Shown: positions 39,100 to 48,718 of the stretch, piece by piece | How the letters are laid out: each line of letters begins with the position of its first letter | Numbering within the stretch: the first letter of the stretch is position 1 | Assembly: GCA_021740645.1 (NCBI GenBank) | Contig: JAIOZL010000029.1 | Coordinates: forward strand, 1,725-65,724 | DNA from: Bacteroidales bacterium | GTDB lineage: Bacteria > Bacteroidota > Bacteroidia > Bacteroidales > JAADJA01 | Direction: 5' to 3' | Length of the DNA stretch: 64,000 bases | The notes under the pieces: generated by a model | Database searches by the model: none | What the model was told of the DNA's origin: nothing | The model's input: only the letters and a program-made list of their open reading frames with translations | Translations under genes and position numbers: made by a program

Positions 39100-39855
39100 T
39101 TAATTTTTTAAAGATCGGGCTTCTTTAATAGAAATTCTTTTCTCGTTTAAGTAGGCAACCACAAATGCATCTTTAAGACCAGCCTTCCGGGCTTCCTCCT
39201 GCTTTTTCAGAGATTCACCATATGAGCCTGTATGCCCGTAAAAGTACTTATAAACCTTACCTTCCTTACACATTTCTACCTCCTTTAGACCTCGAAACAT
39301 TTTTGAATCCTGCTCCAATTCCCTGGAAGAAACAAGAATTTGTATTTTGAATACCGGCCCGGAATATACCTTTATTTCGGCTCCTGATTCAAGAGACCGT
39401 GGTTCAGTTTTAGGACTTACCGCGGGCTCCTTATAATAAGTTGATTCTTTAACAACATTTTTGTCGGGATCAGGTTTTTTCAGATTAACAAAAATAGTAT
39501 CTCCCGCAAAATAATAACCCTTAGAAGCAACAAGTTCAATGGAAATATTTTTAGGGGAATTTTCTGATTTTTGATTAAGTGTAACGGTTGATTGCTTTGG
39601 AATATTTATCTCAGGGGCTAATTTCAAACTTAGAACGGAGGCCACATAGGGGTCAGTAAAGGATTTTACATCGGCAATTTTTCCTTTTTCTATTCCCTGA
39701 ATCAAAACAGGAAAGCCAACCTCAAATGCATCTGAAGGCCCAAGAATCATTACATAATAATCGGTTTGTTTTTCTTCATATAGGAAATAGTAGGCTCCCA
39801 CTGAAATTAGAATCAGAAGAAGAATTACAGAAATTATCCAGAATATTTTATTCAA
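39100..39855 (-). CDS. Membrane-anchored protein with a short MlaD-like N-domain and a C-terminal SPOR-like domain
   Basis: TM segment, then VLIQGIEKGKIADV. The C-terminal FKIQILVSS...YKYFYGHTGSYGESLKKQEEARKAGLKDAFVVAYLNEKRISIKEA is paralogous to the tail of the adjacent amidase. Confidence 0.45.
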   Translation of the reverse strand: MNKIFWIISVILLLILISVGAYYFLYEEKQTDYYVMILGPSDAFEVGFPVLIQGIEKGKIADVKSFTDPYVASVLSLKLAPEINIPKQSTVTLNQKSENSPKNISIELVASKGYYFAGDTIFVNLKKPDPDKNVVKESTYYKEPAVSPKTEPRSLESGAEIKVYSGPVFKIQILVSSRELEQDSKMFRGLKEVEMCKEGKVYKYFYGHTGSYGESLKKQEEARKAGLKDAFVVAYLNEKRISIKEARSLKN

Positions 39856-39869
39856 TGCTTTATATATAT

Positions 39870-40961
39870 TTATCGAAATTGTTGTTTTTTTGCCTCATCA
39901 AGCGATATTCGTTCCTCATTGCGAAAGGCCACAATAAAAACATCTTTATAGCCTTTTTCTATTAATTCCTTTTTCAGTTCACTAATTTTTTCAATATCTG
40001 TTTCATTTCCGGTAGTGTATTTATATTGACCGTCGTGTTGGTAAACTTTAATGTTGTCAAGTCCCCGGAATTTCCTGAAATCAAGTGATTTTTCCTTTTT
40101 ATAGGAAGCGAACTGTATGCGGTAAAATATTTCTGGAACTTTTTTCTCCGGTTCTGAATTCAACACAAGTTGAAGATCTTTATTTTCTTCTTCAAATTCC
40201 TTTTTATACTCCTGAAAGGCTTCAAAAATTGCTTCTGCAAGATAATCCTGCCCTTGTTTAGTAAGTAAAAACTCTTCTTCTTTCGGATTGCTTAAAAATC
40301 CTAGTTCCACAAGAATCCCAGGCATAGTGGTTTTATATAAAACCCAAAAGCCTGCTTGCTTAACTCCTCTGTCGCGTCTTCCAATTTTCTCTTTAAATTG
40401 ATTTTGTACCTTAGATGAAAAGTTTATACTCTGCTCGATATTAACACTTTGAAACATAGATAGTATTATATAATCCTCATCAGAATTAGGGTTAAACCCT
40501 TCATATTGTTCGGCATAGTCCTCCTCATAAAATATAGAAGCATTTTCTGTTTTGGCCACTTCAAGGTTATCTTCACTTTTATGCAGTCCCATCACATAAG
40601 TCTCTGCACCATAAGGACTGCTCGATTTATTTGAATTACAATGGATGGATATAAATAGATCCGCACCACTTTCATTTGCGATTTGTGCTCTTTTATGAAG
40701 CTCAATAAAGACATCGCTTTTTCGGGTATAAATTACTTCTACGTCTTCATAGTTTTTTTCAATAAGCATCCCGGCTTTTAGAGCAACGGCCAGTACAATA
40801 TCCTTTTCTTTAGAATTTTTGCCTAAAGCGCCCGGGTCTTTTCCACCATGTCCGGCATCAATTACTAATTTTGTAATTTTATTGACGGATTGTGAAAATG
40901 CCTGAAAAGTAACTACTGAAATTACTGTTATAATACCAAAAATTAAAATCGCCCGTTTCAC
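39870..40961 (-). CDS. N-acetylmuramoyl-L-alanine amidase (Amidase_3) with a C-terminal SPOR-like domain
   Basis: IDAGHGGKDPGA, SIHCNS and a conserved Glu region. The tail is YRIQFASYKK...YKYTTGNETDIEKISELKKELIEKGYKDVFIVAFRNEERISLDEA. Confidence 0.88.
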   Translation of the reverse strand: MKRAILIFGIITVISVVTFQAFSQSVNKITKLVIDAGHGGKDPGALGKNSKEKDIVLAVALKAGMLIEKNYEDVEVIYTRKSDVFIELHKRAQIANESGADLFISIHCNSNKSSSPYGAETYVMGLHKSEDNLEVAKTENASIFYEEDYAEQYEGFNPNSDEDYIILSMFQSVNIEQSINFSSKVQNQFKEKIGRRDRGVKQAGFWVLYKTTMPGILVELGFLSNPKEEEFLLTKQGQDYLAEAIFEAFQEYKKEFEEENKDLQLVLNSEPEKKVPEIFYRIQFASYKKEKSLDFRKFRGLDNIKVYQHDGQYKYTTGNETDIEKISELKKELIEKGYKDVFIVAFRNEERISLDEAKKQQFR

Positions 40962-41027
40962 TCTTTGTGGAATATTTTTTGTTTAGATTTGACCCATCAT
41001 TTATTAAGATATAATTATCAACCCTTG

Positions 41028-41035
41028 CAAATTTA
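41028..41035 (-). promoter_or_regulatory. Candidate -7 promoter element (TAAATTTG on the minus strand)
   Basis: Matches TAnnTTTG, 67 nt upstream of the amidase ATG. Confidence 0.25.
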
Positions 41036-41053
41036 ACATATAAAAGCAGAGAA

Positions 41054-43729
41054 TTGATATACAAATTGTCAACTAAATTATCAACAATTATATTACTTGT
41101 TAGCCTATGCTCTCTGTTTTCCCCCCATGCTTTGGCTCAGCAAGACAGTATACCAATAATTAAGAACGACACTTCATTAACTATAAATGATTCTGTAAAA
41201 AAGGCCGACACCCTGAATTCGCCCTATAAAATTTCTCCCAGTGCTATAAAATCTAATGTAGATTACACTTCTAATGATTCTATTCGCCTTGATGTAAAAT
41301 CACAGAAAGTGTATATGTATAAAAACAATGACATAAGCTATGAACTCATTAATTTAAAAGCGGATTATATAGAGATTGAATTCGGGAAAAATGAAATCTA
41401 TGCCACACATACCGAGGACTCTTTAGGCAATCCGGTAGGTAGGCCAATTTTCACAATAGATAACAGCAGTTTTGAATCTGCTTCCATCCGTTACAATTAT
41501 GAAACGGAAAAGGGGCTGGTAAAAAAGGTAATTACCGAAGATGCTGAAGGCTACCTGCATGGAAGCACCGTAAAAAAAATGCCCAACGATATCACCTATG
41601 TTTCTGATGGAGCATACACCACATGTGAACTTGAACACCCTCACTTTGAGTTCCGGTTTAAAAAGGCAAAAGTTATCCCTGAAAATAAAATTATTACCGG
41701 TCCGGCCAATCTGGTAATTGAAGATGTACCCACACCACTAGCTATCCCTTTCGGACTTTTTCCTAACAAGAAGGGACAACGATCAGGCATAGTAATTCCC
41801 ACCTGGGGGGAATCAGCACAACGTGGGTTTTATTTTGAAAATGGGGGCTATTTTGCAGCTATTAATGAGTACCTGACTTTTCAATTGTTAGGGGATATTT
41901 ATACTTTGGGAAGTTGGTCGGTTAAGCCCACCTTTAAATACAATAAGAAGTATCGGTTTAACGGAGGTTTATCGGGTAATTACAATTATAATATTACAGG
42001 TGAACAAGGAACACCAGAGTATTTAAGAAGGAAAGATTTTTCTATCCGATGGGTACATAATCAGGATGCTAAAGCGCACCCAAGCAGAAAGTTTTCAGCC
42101 AATGTAAATATCATGAGTTCTGAAAACAACAAATTCACAGGGAACAGCAACAATTACCTGTCCAATACTTTTCAATCAAGTATTAACTACTCCAAAAACT
42201 GGGCGGGAAAATATAATTTAAATGTCGCATTAAAACATCAGCAAAACAACATTACCAAAGAAATTAATTTATCGCTCCCCTCCCTGAGTTTTAGTGTCAA
42301 TAGATTTTATCCCCTGCGTGCAAAAAAAATGGTGGGAAAATTAAAATGGTACGAGAATATCAGTGTCAACTACAATGTGGTGGCAGATAATCAAATCAAT
42401 ACTCTTGACTCATTACTTTTTACCGGAGATGTTGTATCCAAAATGAAAAATGGGCTAAAACATGACGTTTCAGTTTCAAGCGGATCTATTAAAATAATGA
42501 AATATATTGTATGGAGCAATTCCGTAAAATACACTGAAAGATGGTACACACAGCGCCATGAGAAATTCTGGCGTAATGATACGCTCTTTTCAAGCGATGA
42601 TCCCCCGACTTTAGGCTATGTTGACACAGATACCATTTATGGATTTAATACCGTAAGAGATTTTAGTTTTAACACCTCATTTAGTACCACCATGTATGGG
42701 ATGTATGCATACAAAGCAGGCCCCATAACAGCTATCCGACATGTAATAAAGCCATCGATAAACTTTAGTATACGGCCTGATTTCAGCAAACAGGAATGGG
42801 GCTATTACCAGTATTATACGGATGAAAATGGGAAAACAAAACAATACTCCATGTATGATAATTTTATATATGGAACTGCCCCTCAGGGAAGATCAGGCTT
42901 TATAGGTTTTAAACTAAGTAACAGTTTAGAGATGAAAGTCCGGTCGAGAAAAGACACGATAACCGGCACCAAAAAAGTTGTTCTTATTGAGGACTTCTCT
43001 TTATCTACAGGATATGATATTGCAAGAGACTCCTTAAATCTTAATACCCTTAATCTTACTGGACGAACAAAACTTTTTAAACAATTACAGATCAACTATT
43101 CAAGCAGTTTCGACCCTTATGCACTGGATTCAGCAGGGCATCGGATCAATAAATTTGAATGGGATGTTAACAAGCGTTTTTACCATATAGATAAATACAA
43201 TTGGCGCCTGGGTGTGTCATACAGACTTTCTTCGGATATACTGAAGAAAGATAAAAAAGGGGATAAAAAGGCAGAGGAGAAACCACCAGACACGGAACAA
43301 TCAGGCAACTGGACTGACCAGGAATTAAAAGATGTGAATGAAAACCGCGACAGTTATGTCGACTGGAACGTTCCCTGGTCGCTTAACTTGTCTTACGATT
43401 TAAACTATACCAATAATTTCTCCTATACGAACGGATATTGGAATTATACCGTAGAAAAAGAAAAAAAACTAATTCAAACCCTTGGATTTAATGGTGACGT
43501 GAATATTACCCCAAAATGGAAATTCGGATTCAGGTCGGGATATGATTTTGAGAACAAAAAACTAACTTATACTTCACTCGATATTTACCGCGATTTGCAT
43601 TGTTGGGAAATGCGTTTTTCATGGATACCAATTGGTTTCAGACAAAGCTGGAATTTTTCAATCAATATTAAATCCAGTTTATTGCAGGATTTAAAGTTGA
43701 ATAAAAAGAAAGATTTCAGAGATTTTTAA
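41054..43729 (+). CDS. lptD: Putative LPS-assembly protein LptD (Bacteroidetes type)
   Basis: 891 aa with a signal peptide, an OstA-like N-domain (KADYIEIEFGKNEIYA) and a large beta-barrel. Its position divergent from the amidase and mlaD genes is typical synteny, from memory. Confidence 0.6.
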   Translation: MIYKLSTKLSTIILLVSLCSLFSPHALAQQDSIPIIKNDTSLTINDSVKKADTLNSPYKISPSAIKSNVDYTSNDSIRLDVKSQKVYMYKNNDISYELINLKADYIEIEFGKNEIYATHTEDSLGNPVGRPIFTIDNSSFESASIRYNYETEKGLVKKVITEDAEGYLHGSTVKKMPNDITYVSDGAYTTCELEHPHFEFRFKKAKVIPENKIITGPANLVIEDVPTPLAIPFGLFPNKKGQRSGIVIPTWGESAQRGFYFENGGYFAAINEYLTFQLLGDIYTLGSWSVKPTFKYNKKYRFNGGLSGNYNYNITGEQGTPEYLRRKDFSIRWVHNQDAKAHPSRKFSANVNIMSSENNKFTGNSNNYLSNTFQSSINYSKNWAGKYNLNVALKHQQNNITKEINLSLPSLSFSVNRFYPLRAKKMVGKLKWYENISVNYNVVADNQINTLDSLLFTGDVVSKMKNGLKHDVSVSSGSIKIMKYIVWSNSVKYTERWYTQRHEKFWRNDTLFSSDDPPTLGYVDTDTIYGFNTVRDFSFNTSFSTTMYGMYAYKAGPITAIRHVIKPSINFSIRPDFSKQEWGYYQYYTDENGKTKQYSMYDNFIYGTAPQGRSGFIGFKLSNSLEMKVRSRKDTITGTKKVVLIEDFSLSTGYDIARDSLNLNTLNLTGRTKLFKQLQINYSSSFDPYALDSAGHRINKFEWDVNKRFYHIDKYNWRLGVSYRLSSDILKKDKKGDKKAEEKPPDTEQSGNWTDQELKDVNENRDSYVDWNVPWSLNLSYDLNYTNNFSYTNGYWNYTVEKEKKLIQTLGFNGDVNITPKWKFGFRSGYDFENKKLTYTSLDIYRDLHCWEMRFSWIPIGFRQSWNFSINIKSSLLQDLKLNKKKDFRDF

Positions 43730-43736
43730 GATATAC

Positions 43737-43744
43737 TAATTTTG
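43737..43744 (+). promoter_or_regulatory. Candidate -7 promoter element (TAATTTTG) for ridA
   Basis: Matches TAnnTTTG, 27 nt upstream of the ATG. Confidence 0.35.
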
Positions 43745-43771
43745 AGATTTAAATACATTAAATAAACGTTA

Positions 43772-44149
43772 ATGAAAAAAGTAGTTCACACAGATGCGGC
43801 CCCCAAAGCAATAGGGCCTTACAGCCAGGCTATCGAAGCAAATGGCATGTTGTTTATATCAGGACAGGTTCCGATTGATCCATCCACCGGTAAAATCATC
43901 GAAGGCGGAATAAAAGAACAAACCGAACAGGTGATGAAAAATATCGGAGCTATTTTAAAGGAAGCCGGTTATTCATTCACCGATGTAGTAAAGTCTACCT
44001 GCCTGCTGGATAACATGGATAACTTTGCAGCCATGAATGAGGTTTATGGAAAGTATTATCATAATACGCCACCAGCAAGGGCGGCTTACGGAGTTGTTAA
44101 ACTTCCTTTGGGGGTAATGATTGAAATTGAAACCATTGCCTGCAAATAA
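43772..44149 (+). CDS. ridA: RidA (YjgF/L-PSP) family reactive-intermediate deaminase
   Basis: Motifs [18 protein letters not shown] and [20 protein letters not shown]. Confidence 0.9.
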   Translation: MKKVVHTDAAPKAIGPYSQAIEANGMLFISGQVPIDPSTGKIIEGGIKEQTEQVMKNIGAILKEAGYSFTDVVKSTCLLDNMDNFAAMNEVYGKYYHNTPPARAAYGVVKLPLGVMIEIETIACK

Positions 44150-44201
44150 AAAAATTTGAACCATCCTATAGATTTTAGGTTATCTAACAAAACACCCGGT
44201 T

Positions 44202-45290
44202 TTGAAATACCCCTTTTTAATATTATTACTACTAAGCACAGTTCAATTATCGTCGCAGCACCTTGCAGCTTTTAACGATAATGTAAAACACTTCTGGGCT
44301 TTTGAAGCGGGAAATTTTATTCAACTCGAACATTTGGAAATCCAGGAGTTTCAGGTTGGCGGTACACTTATAGCCTATGTTGATAATGGGAGCAACCTCA
44401 AAATTTATCAGTATGGAGAGGTGGAAACCTTAATATCCGGCTCGCCCATAAAATTTCAGGCTACCGATTATTTACTTGGTTATTCCATTTACGAGCAGCT
44501 CAATGTATTTGATAATGGCAGGACAAAGGTTTTAAGCAGCGAATGCGATGGGTACGAAATAAGGGATAGCCTGATTGGCTGGCACAATAGAATTGCAAAA
44601 ACTATTCAGGTGTATTATAATGGAAGGATTTATACTATCGAAGACGGATTGATCTACAATCCTTTACAAGGTTACAAGCTGGGTGATAATACCATCGCTT
44701 ATGTGCAACGTTCAACAAAAGAATTCAAGGCTTTCTACCTCGGGAAAATAATCGTTTTGGATGATTATGCCGAAGAAATGGTTTACGAAGCCGGCAGAGA
44801 TATTATTGCCTATATGGATATTCCTGACCAGGCGTTTAAAGCTTTTTACAGGGGAGAAGAAATGGAGATTGAAACTTTTTCCCCCAAATCTTTTCAGGTG
44901 GGCGATGAAATGATGGCCTGGGTGGATAACCTCGGAAGGCTTAAACTATTTACCGGAGGTGAAATCGTAGAACTTTCAAACTATGAGCCCTCCTTTTATA
45001 CTATGGTTGATAAAGTTCTTATCTTTGAAGAGCAGGGTTATCTCAAAACCTGGTGCTCCGGAAATGTGCAGATTATTGAACGTTATATTCCTCAACCCTA
45101 TCACATCGACTTTAACACCTTTGCTTATCTTGATCAAAGCAGTTTTGTAAAGATTTATACAGGATGCGAATCTAAAACCATTAGCTATGAAAGGGTAAGG
45201 GAAATTGACCTTATTCGCGACCTGGTGATCTTTACGGAAGGAATTAATAAAATCAACATCTATTTTAACGGCCAGATATACCAACACTAG
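44202..45290 (+). CDS. Secreted hypothetical protein built from about 6-7 degenerate 45-50 aa repeats
   Basis: Signal peptide. Recurring unit G(D/G)..(I/M)A(Y/W)(V/M)D......(L/F)K(I/A/L)(Y/F)..G....(L/I). No family recognised. Confidence 0.3.
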   Translation: MKYPFLILLLLSTVQLSSQHLAAFNDNVKHFWAFEAGNFIQLEHLEIQEFQVGGTLIAYVDNGSNLKIYQYGEVETLISGSPIKFQATDYLLGYSIYEQLNVFDNGRTKVLSSECDGYEIRDSLIGWHNRIAKTIQVYYNGRIYTIEDGLIYNPLQGYKLGDNTIAYVQRSTKEFKAFYLGKIIVLDDYAEEMVYEAGRDIIAYMDIPDQAFKAFYRGEEMEIETFSPKSFQVGDEMMAWVDNLGRLKLFTGGEIVELSNYEPSFYTMVDKVLIFEEQGYLKTWCSGNVQIIERYIPQPYHIDFNTFAYLDQSSFVKIYTGCESKTISYERVREIDLIRDLVIFTEGINKINIYFNGQIYQH

Positions 45291-45293
45291 GTT

Positions 45294-45461
45294 ATGATTA
45301 TACAACTATTCATTTTTGCACTGGCATTTTTGGGGTTTGGTCTATTTTCATTATTCCGGAAAAAAAAGCTAATTGGATTTATGTTTGCCCTCCTGGGAAT
45401 AGTATTGCTTTTTCTGGGAATGATCGTTTTATATTTTTATCCTGACAAATGGCCGTTTTAA
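45294..45461 (+). CDS. Small two-TM membrane protein (55 aa, below the ORF-track cutoff)
   Basis: My own translation is MIIQLFIFALAFLGFGLFSLFRKKKLIGFMFALLGIVLLFLGMIVLYFYPDKWPF. It starts 4 nt after the upstream stop. Confidence 0.4.
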   Translation: MIIQLFIFALAFLGFGLFSLFRKKKLIGFMFALLGIVLLFLGMIVLYFYPDKWPF

Positions 45462-45593
45462 ACGTCCTGACTTAATCCTGCTTAAAAAGCTATTCCAACC
45501 CAATATTGCAAAGGTTAAACATTTCATATTGAATATCTTGTTAAAATTCCGTTAAACTAATTAAACGATGATGTTTTTGTTAAGCTTGTGCCG

Positions 45594-45601
45594 TATTTTT
45601 G
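45594..45601 (+). promoter_or_regulatory. Candidate -7 promoter element (TATTTTTG)
   Basis: The TAnnTTTG match lies inside the long version of the ORF, which favours the ATG at 45624. Confidence 0.35.
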
Positions 45602-45623
45602 TAATACACCAACTTTTTTCGAG

Positions 45624-46616
45624 ATGAAAAAAATTTTAAAAGTGCTTACTTATCTGCTCATTGTCATATTGGTTGTGGTGGCAGGATTTATTGGATATTT
45701 AAAATTTTATCTCCCTGATATTAAAACCCCAACTGCTTTGTCTGTTGAAATTACTCCAGAACGGGTTGAAAGAGGGCGTTACCTGGCCAATGAATTAATG
45801 GGTTGCGTTGGATGTCATGCAACCCGAGACTATACCAAATTTGCTGGACCAATTGTTGAAAGCACCAAAGGGTCAGGAGGAGAATTATGGGATGAAAAGC
45901 TTGGATTCCCGGGAGAGTTGTACGCACCGAATATTACTCCGGGAAGTCTTTCAAAATGGACGGATGCCGAATTGTTTAGGGCAATCACCAGTGGTGTAAA
46001 TAAAGACGGGGAAGCCCTGTTTCCAATTATGCCATACCTTCAATATGGGAAATTACCTAAGGAAGACATTTATGATGTTATCGCCTATATTCGAACCCTG
46101 GAGCCCACCGCAACGACATATCCCACGCGAAAGTTAAACTTTCCCTTAAATTTAATTGTGAACTTAATGCCAAAAGAAGGCAGCCATCACCTGGGCCCTG
46201 ATACGAGTGACCTGGTAAAACATGGGGAATACATTATAACGGCTGCCGTTTGTTACGATTGCCATACACCTATGGAAAAAGGCCGCTTTATTGAGGAAAT
46301 GGCTTATGCCGGAGGCCAGGAATTTACCCTTCCTACAGGGGGCATTGTGCGGGCAGCAAATTTAACACCCGATAAAAGCACGGGAATAGGCAACTGGACA
46401 AAAGAACAATTTGTTCAAAAATTTAAAGCCTATGCCGACAGTAGCTATAAACCGGCAGTTGTAAAACATGGTGATTTTAATTCCTTTATGCCATGGGATT
46501 ATTACGCACAAATCAAAACCCGTGATCTGGAAGCAATCTATGCCTACCTCATGACCCTGGAACCAAAGGCGAATAAATTCAAGAAGTTTTCGCCAGATAA
46601 AGCTCAAATTAATTAG
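45624..46616 (+). CDS. Membrane-anchored dihaem c-type cytochrome
   Basis: Two CxxCH motifs (CVGCH, CYDCH) after an N-terminal TM helix. The ORF-track start is at 45588. Confidence 0.8.
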   Translation: MKKILKVLTYLLIVILVVVAGFIGYLKFYLPDIKTPTALSVEITPERVERGRYLANELMGCVGCHATRDYTKFAGPIVESTKGSGGELWDEKLGFPGELYAPNITPGSLSKWTDAELFRAITSGVNKDGEALFPIMPYLQYGKLPKEDIYDVIAYIRTLEPTATTYPTRKLNFPLNLIVNLMPKEGSHHLGPDTSDLVKHGEYIITAAVCYDCHTPMEKGRFIEEMAYAGGQEFTLPTGGIVRAANLTPDKSTGIGNWTKEQFVQKFKAYADSSYKPAVVKHGDFNSFMPWDYYAQIKTRDLEAIYAYLMTLEPKANKFKKFSPDKAQIN

Positions 46617-46657
46617 GTTCTTATAATTATTATCGTTGAACCTAAAAATATATTTAC

Positions 46658-46665
46658 TACTTTTG
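46658..46665 (+). promoter_or_regulatory. Candidate -7 promoter element (TACTTTTG) for the thrS operon
   Basis: Matches TAnnTTTG in the 13-mer TACTTTTGCACCC, which is shared with the rpmG promoter candidate. Confidence 0.4.
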
Positions 46666-46681
46666 CACCCAATTTTTGATA

Positions 46682-46713
46682 GAGGTACGCTATTTTCGTG
46701 CCTCGTATTTTTT
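46682..46713 (+). terminator. Terminator-like hairpin plus U-tract between the cytochrome c gene and thrS
   Basis: An 8-bp stem (gaggtacg/cgtgcctc, one G-U pair) with a 7-nt loop, followed by GTATTTTTT. It lies downstream of the candidate thrS promoter. Confidence 0.45.
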
Positions 46714-46733
46714 AATTAAAGATAGTAGATTTC

Positions 46734-48674
46734 ATGATCGATATAACTTTCCCGGATGGTAATGTAAGGCAGTATGAACCAGGGGTTACTGCGATGGAAA
46801 TCGCCAGGAGTATTAGCGAAGGCCTTGCCAGAAATGTTCTCTCAGCGAAGGTCAATGGAAAAGTTATGGATGCAGTAAGGCCAATAAATGAAAATGCATC
46901 TATCGAATTAAACACCTGGAACGACAATAATGGAAAGGCCACGATGTGGCATTCATCAGCTCACCTGATGGCCGAAACCATCGAACATCTTTACCCCGGG
47001 GCAAAATTTGGGATAGGGCCGGATATTGAAAATGGATTTTATTACGACATAGATTTCGGCGAACACAGCATTTCTGAAAACGACTTCCCGAAAATTGAAG
47101 CAAAAATGACCGAGTTTGCTCGGCAAAAGCAAGAATTTATAAGGGAAGAAATATCCAAAAAAGAAGCCTTAAAATATTTTACTGATAAAGGCGATGAATA
47201 CAAAATAGAATTGATCAATGAGCTGGAAGACGGGGAAATTACATTTTATAAATCCGGAGATTTTGTGGATTTATGCCGTGGGCCCCATTTACCGGATACC
47301 AGCCCGATTAAAGCTATCAAACTGTTAAGTATCGCCGGGGCTTACTGGCGTGGCGACGAGAAAAGAAAACAACTCACCCGGATTTATGGAATTACCTTTC
47401 CAAAGAAAAAAGAACTGGATGAGTTTCTGGAGATGTTGGAAGAAGCCAAAAAAAGGGATCACCGTAAAATTGGGAAAGAGCTTGAGTTATTCACCTTTTC
47501 ACAAAATGTAGGTTTGGGATTACCCTTATGGTTGCCGAAAGGTGCCATGGTGAGGGAACGCCTTGAACAATTCTTAAAGAAAGTTCAAAAGGAAGCAGGA
47601 TACCAGCCGGTTATCAGTCCGCACATTGGAAATGTGAATTTATATAAAACTTCCGGGCACTATGATAAATATGGCAAAGATAGCTTTAAGCCAATTTCTA
47701 CCCCCCTTGAGGGAGAAGAGTTTTTCCTGAAACCCATGAACTGCCCTCACCATTGTGAGATATTTAAACACAAACCTGTTTCCTACAAAGATCTGCCGGT
47801 TCGCTATGCTGAGTTTGGTACCGTTTACCGTTATGAACAAAGTGGGGAGTTGCATGGCTTGACAAGGGTTCGTGGATTTACCCAGGATGATGCCCATATT
47901 TTCTGTACCCCCGACCAGGTAAAAGACGAATTTAAAGGGGTAATGAAAATCGTTATGAAGATTTTCAATGCACTCGATTTCAAAGATTTTATTGTACAGA
48001 TATCCTTGCGTGATAAAGAGGATAAAGAGAAATATATCGGCTCGGACGAAAACTGGGAAAAATCCGAAAAAGCCATACTCGAAGTAGCTGAAGAAACTGG
48101 CCTGGATACGATTATCGAATATGGAGAAGCAGCCTTTTATGGGCCTAAAATGGACTTCATGGTTAAAGATGCACTGGGAAGGAAGTGGCAACTTGGGACC
48201 ATACAGGTTGATTATAATTTGCCGGATCGGTTCGAGCTGGAATACACAGGAAGTGATAATGAAAAACACCGCCCCGTAATGATCCACCGTGCCCCATTTG
48301 GCTCCATGGAACGTTTTGTGGCTGTACTTATCGAACATACCTCTGGAAAGTTCCCCTTATGGCTCACTCCCGAGCAGGTTATCATCCTGCCTATCAGTGA
48401 AAAATATCAAAAATATGCGGAAAAAGTTTTTAGTTTCCTTAATAATTCCGAAATTCGCGCCCTGATTGATGAGAGAAGCGAGAAAACCGGCCGCAAAATC
48501 CGCGACGCAGAATTGAGAAGAATCCCTTACATGCTGATTGTTGGAGAGAAGGAAGAGATGGAAAATACTGTATCGGTGCGTAAACAAGGTGAAGGGGATA
48601 AAGGGACGTTTGCGCTACAGGACTTCGCTGACTTAATAAATCAGGAAGTGGAAACGGGAATGAATAAAGCTTAA
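46734..48674 (+). CDS. thrS: Threonine--tRNA ligase
   Basis: 646 aa with a TGS domain, the second additional domain, class II core motifs ([24 protein letters not shown]) and an anticodon-binding domain. Confidence 0.97.
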   Translation: MIDITFPDGNVRQYEPGVTAMEIARSISEGLARNVLSAKVNGKVMDAVRPINENASIELNTWNDNNGKATMWHSSAHLMAETIEHLYPGAKFGIGPDIENGFYYDIDFGEHSISENDFPKIEAKMTEFARQKQEFIREEISKKEALKYFTDKGDEYKIELINELEDGEITFYKSGDFVDLCRGPHLPDTSPIKAIKLLSIAGAYWRGDEKRKQLTRIYGITFPKKKELDEFLEMLEEAKKRDHRKIGKELELFTFSQNVGLGLPLWLPKGAMVRERLEQFLKKVQKEAGYQPVISPHIGNVNLYKTSGHYDKYGKDSFKPISTPLEGEEFFLKPMNCPHHCEIFKHKPVSYKDLPVRYAEFGTVYRYEQSGELHGLTRVRGFTQDDAHIFCTPDQVKDEFKGVMKIVMKIFNALDFKDFIVQISLRDKEDKEKYIGSDENWEKSEKAILEVAEETGLDTIIEYGEAAFYGPKMDFMVKDALGRKWQLGTIQVDYNLPDRFELEYTGSDNEKHRPVMIHRAPFGSMERFVAVLIEHTSGKFPLWLTPEQVIILPISEKYQKYAEKVFSFLNNSEIRALIDERSEKTGRKIRDAELRRIPYMLIVGEKEEMENTVSVRKQGEGDKGTFALQDFADLINQEVETGMNKA

Positions 48675-48718
48675 ATAAAAAAAAAATATTTGTTAAATAA
48701 ATTTTAGGAGGACAAAAC

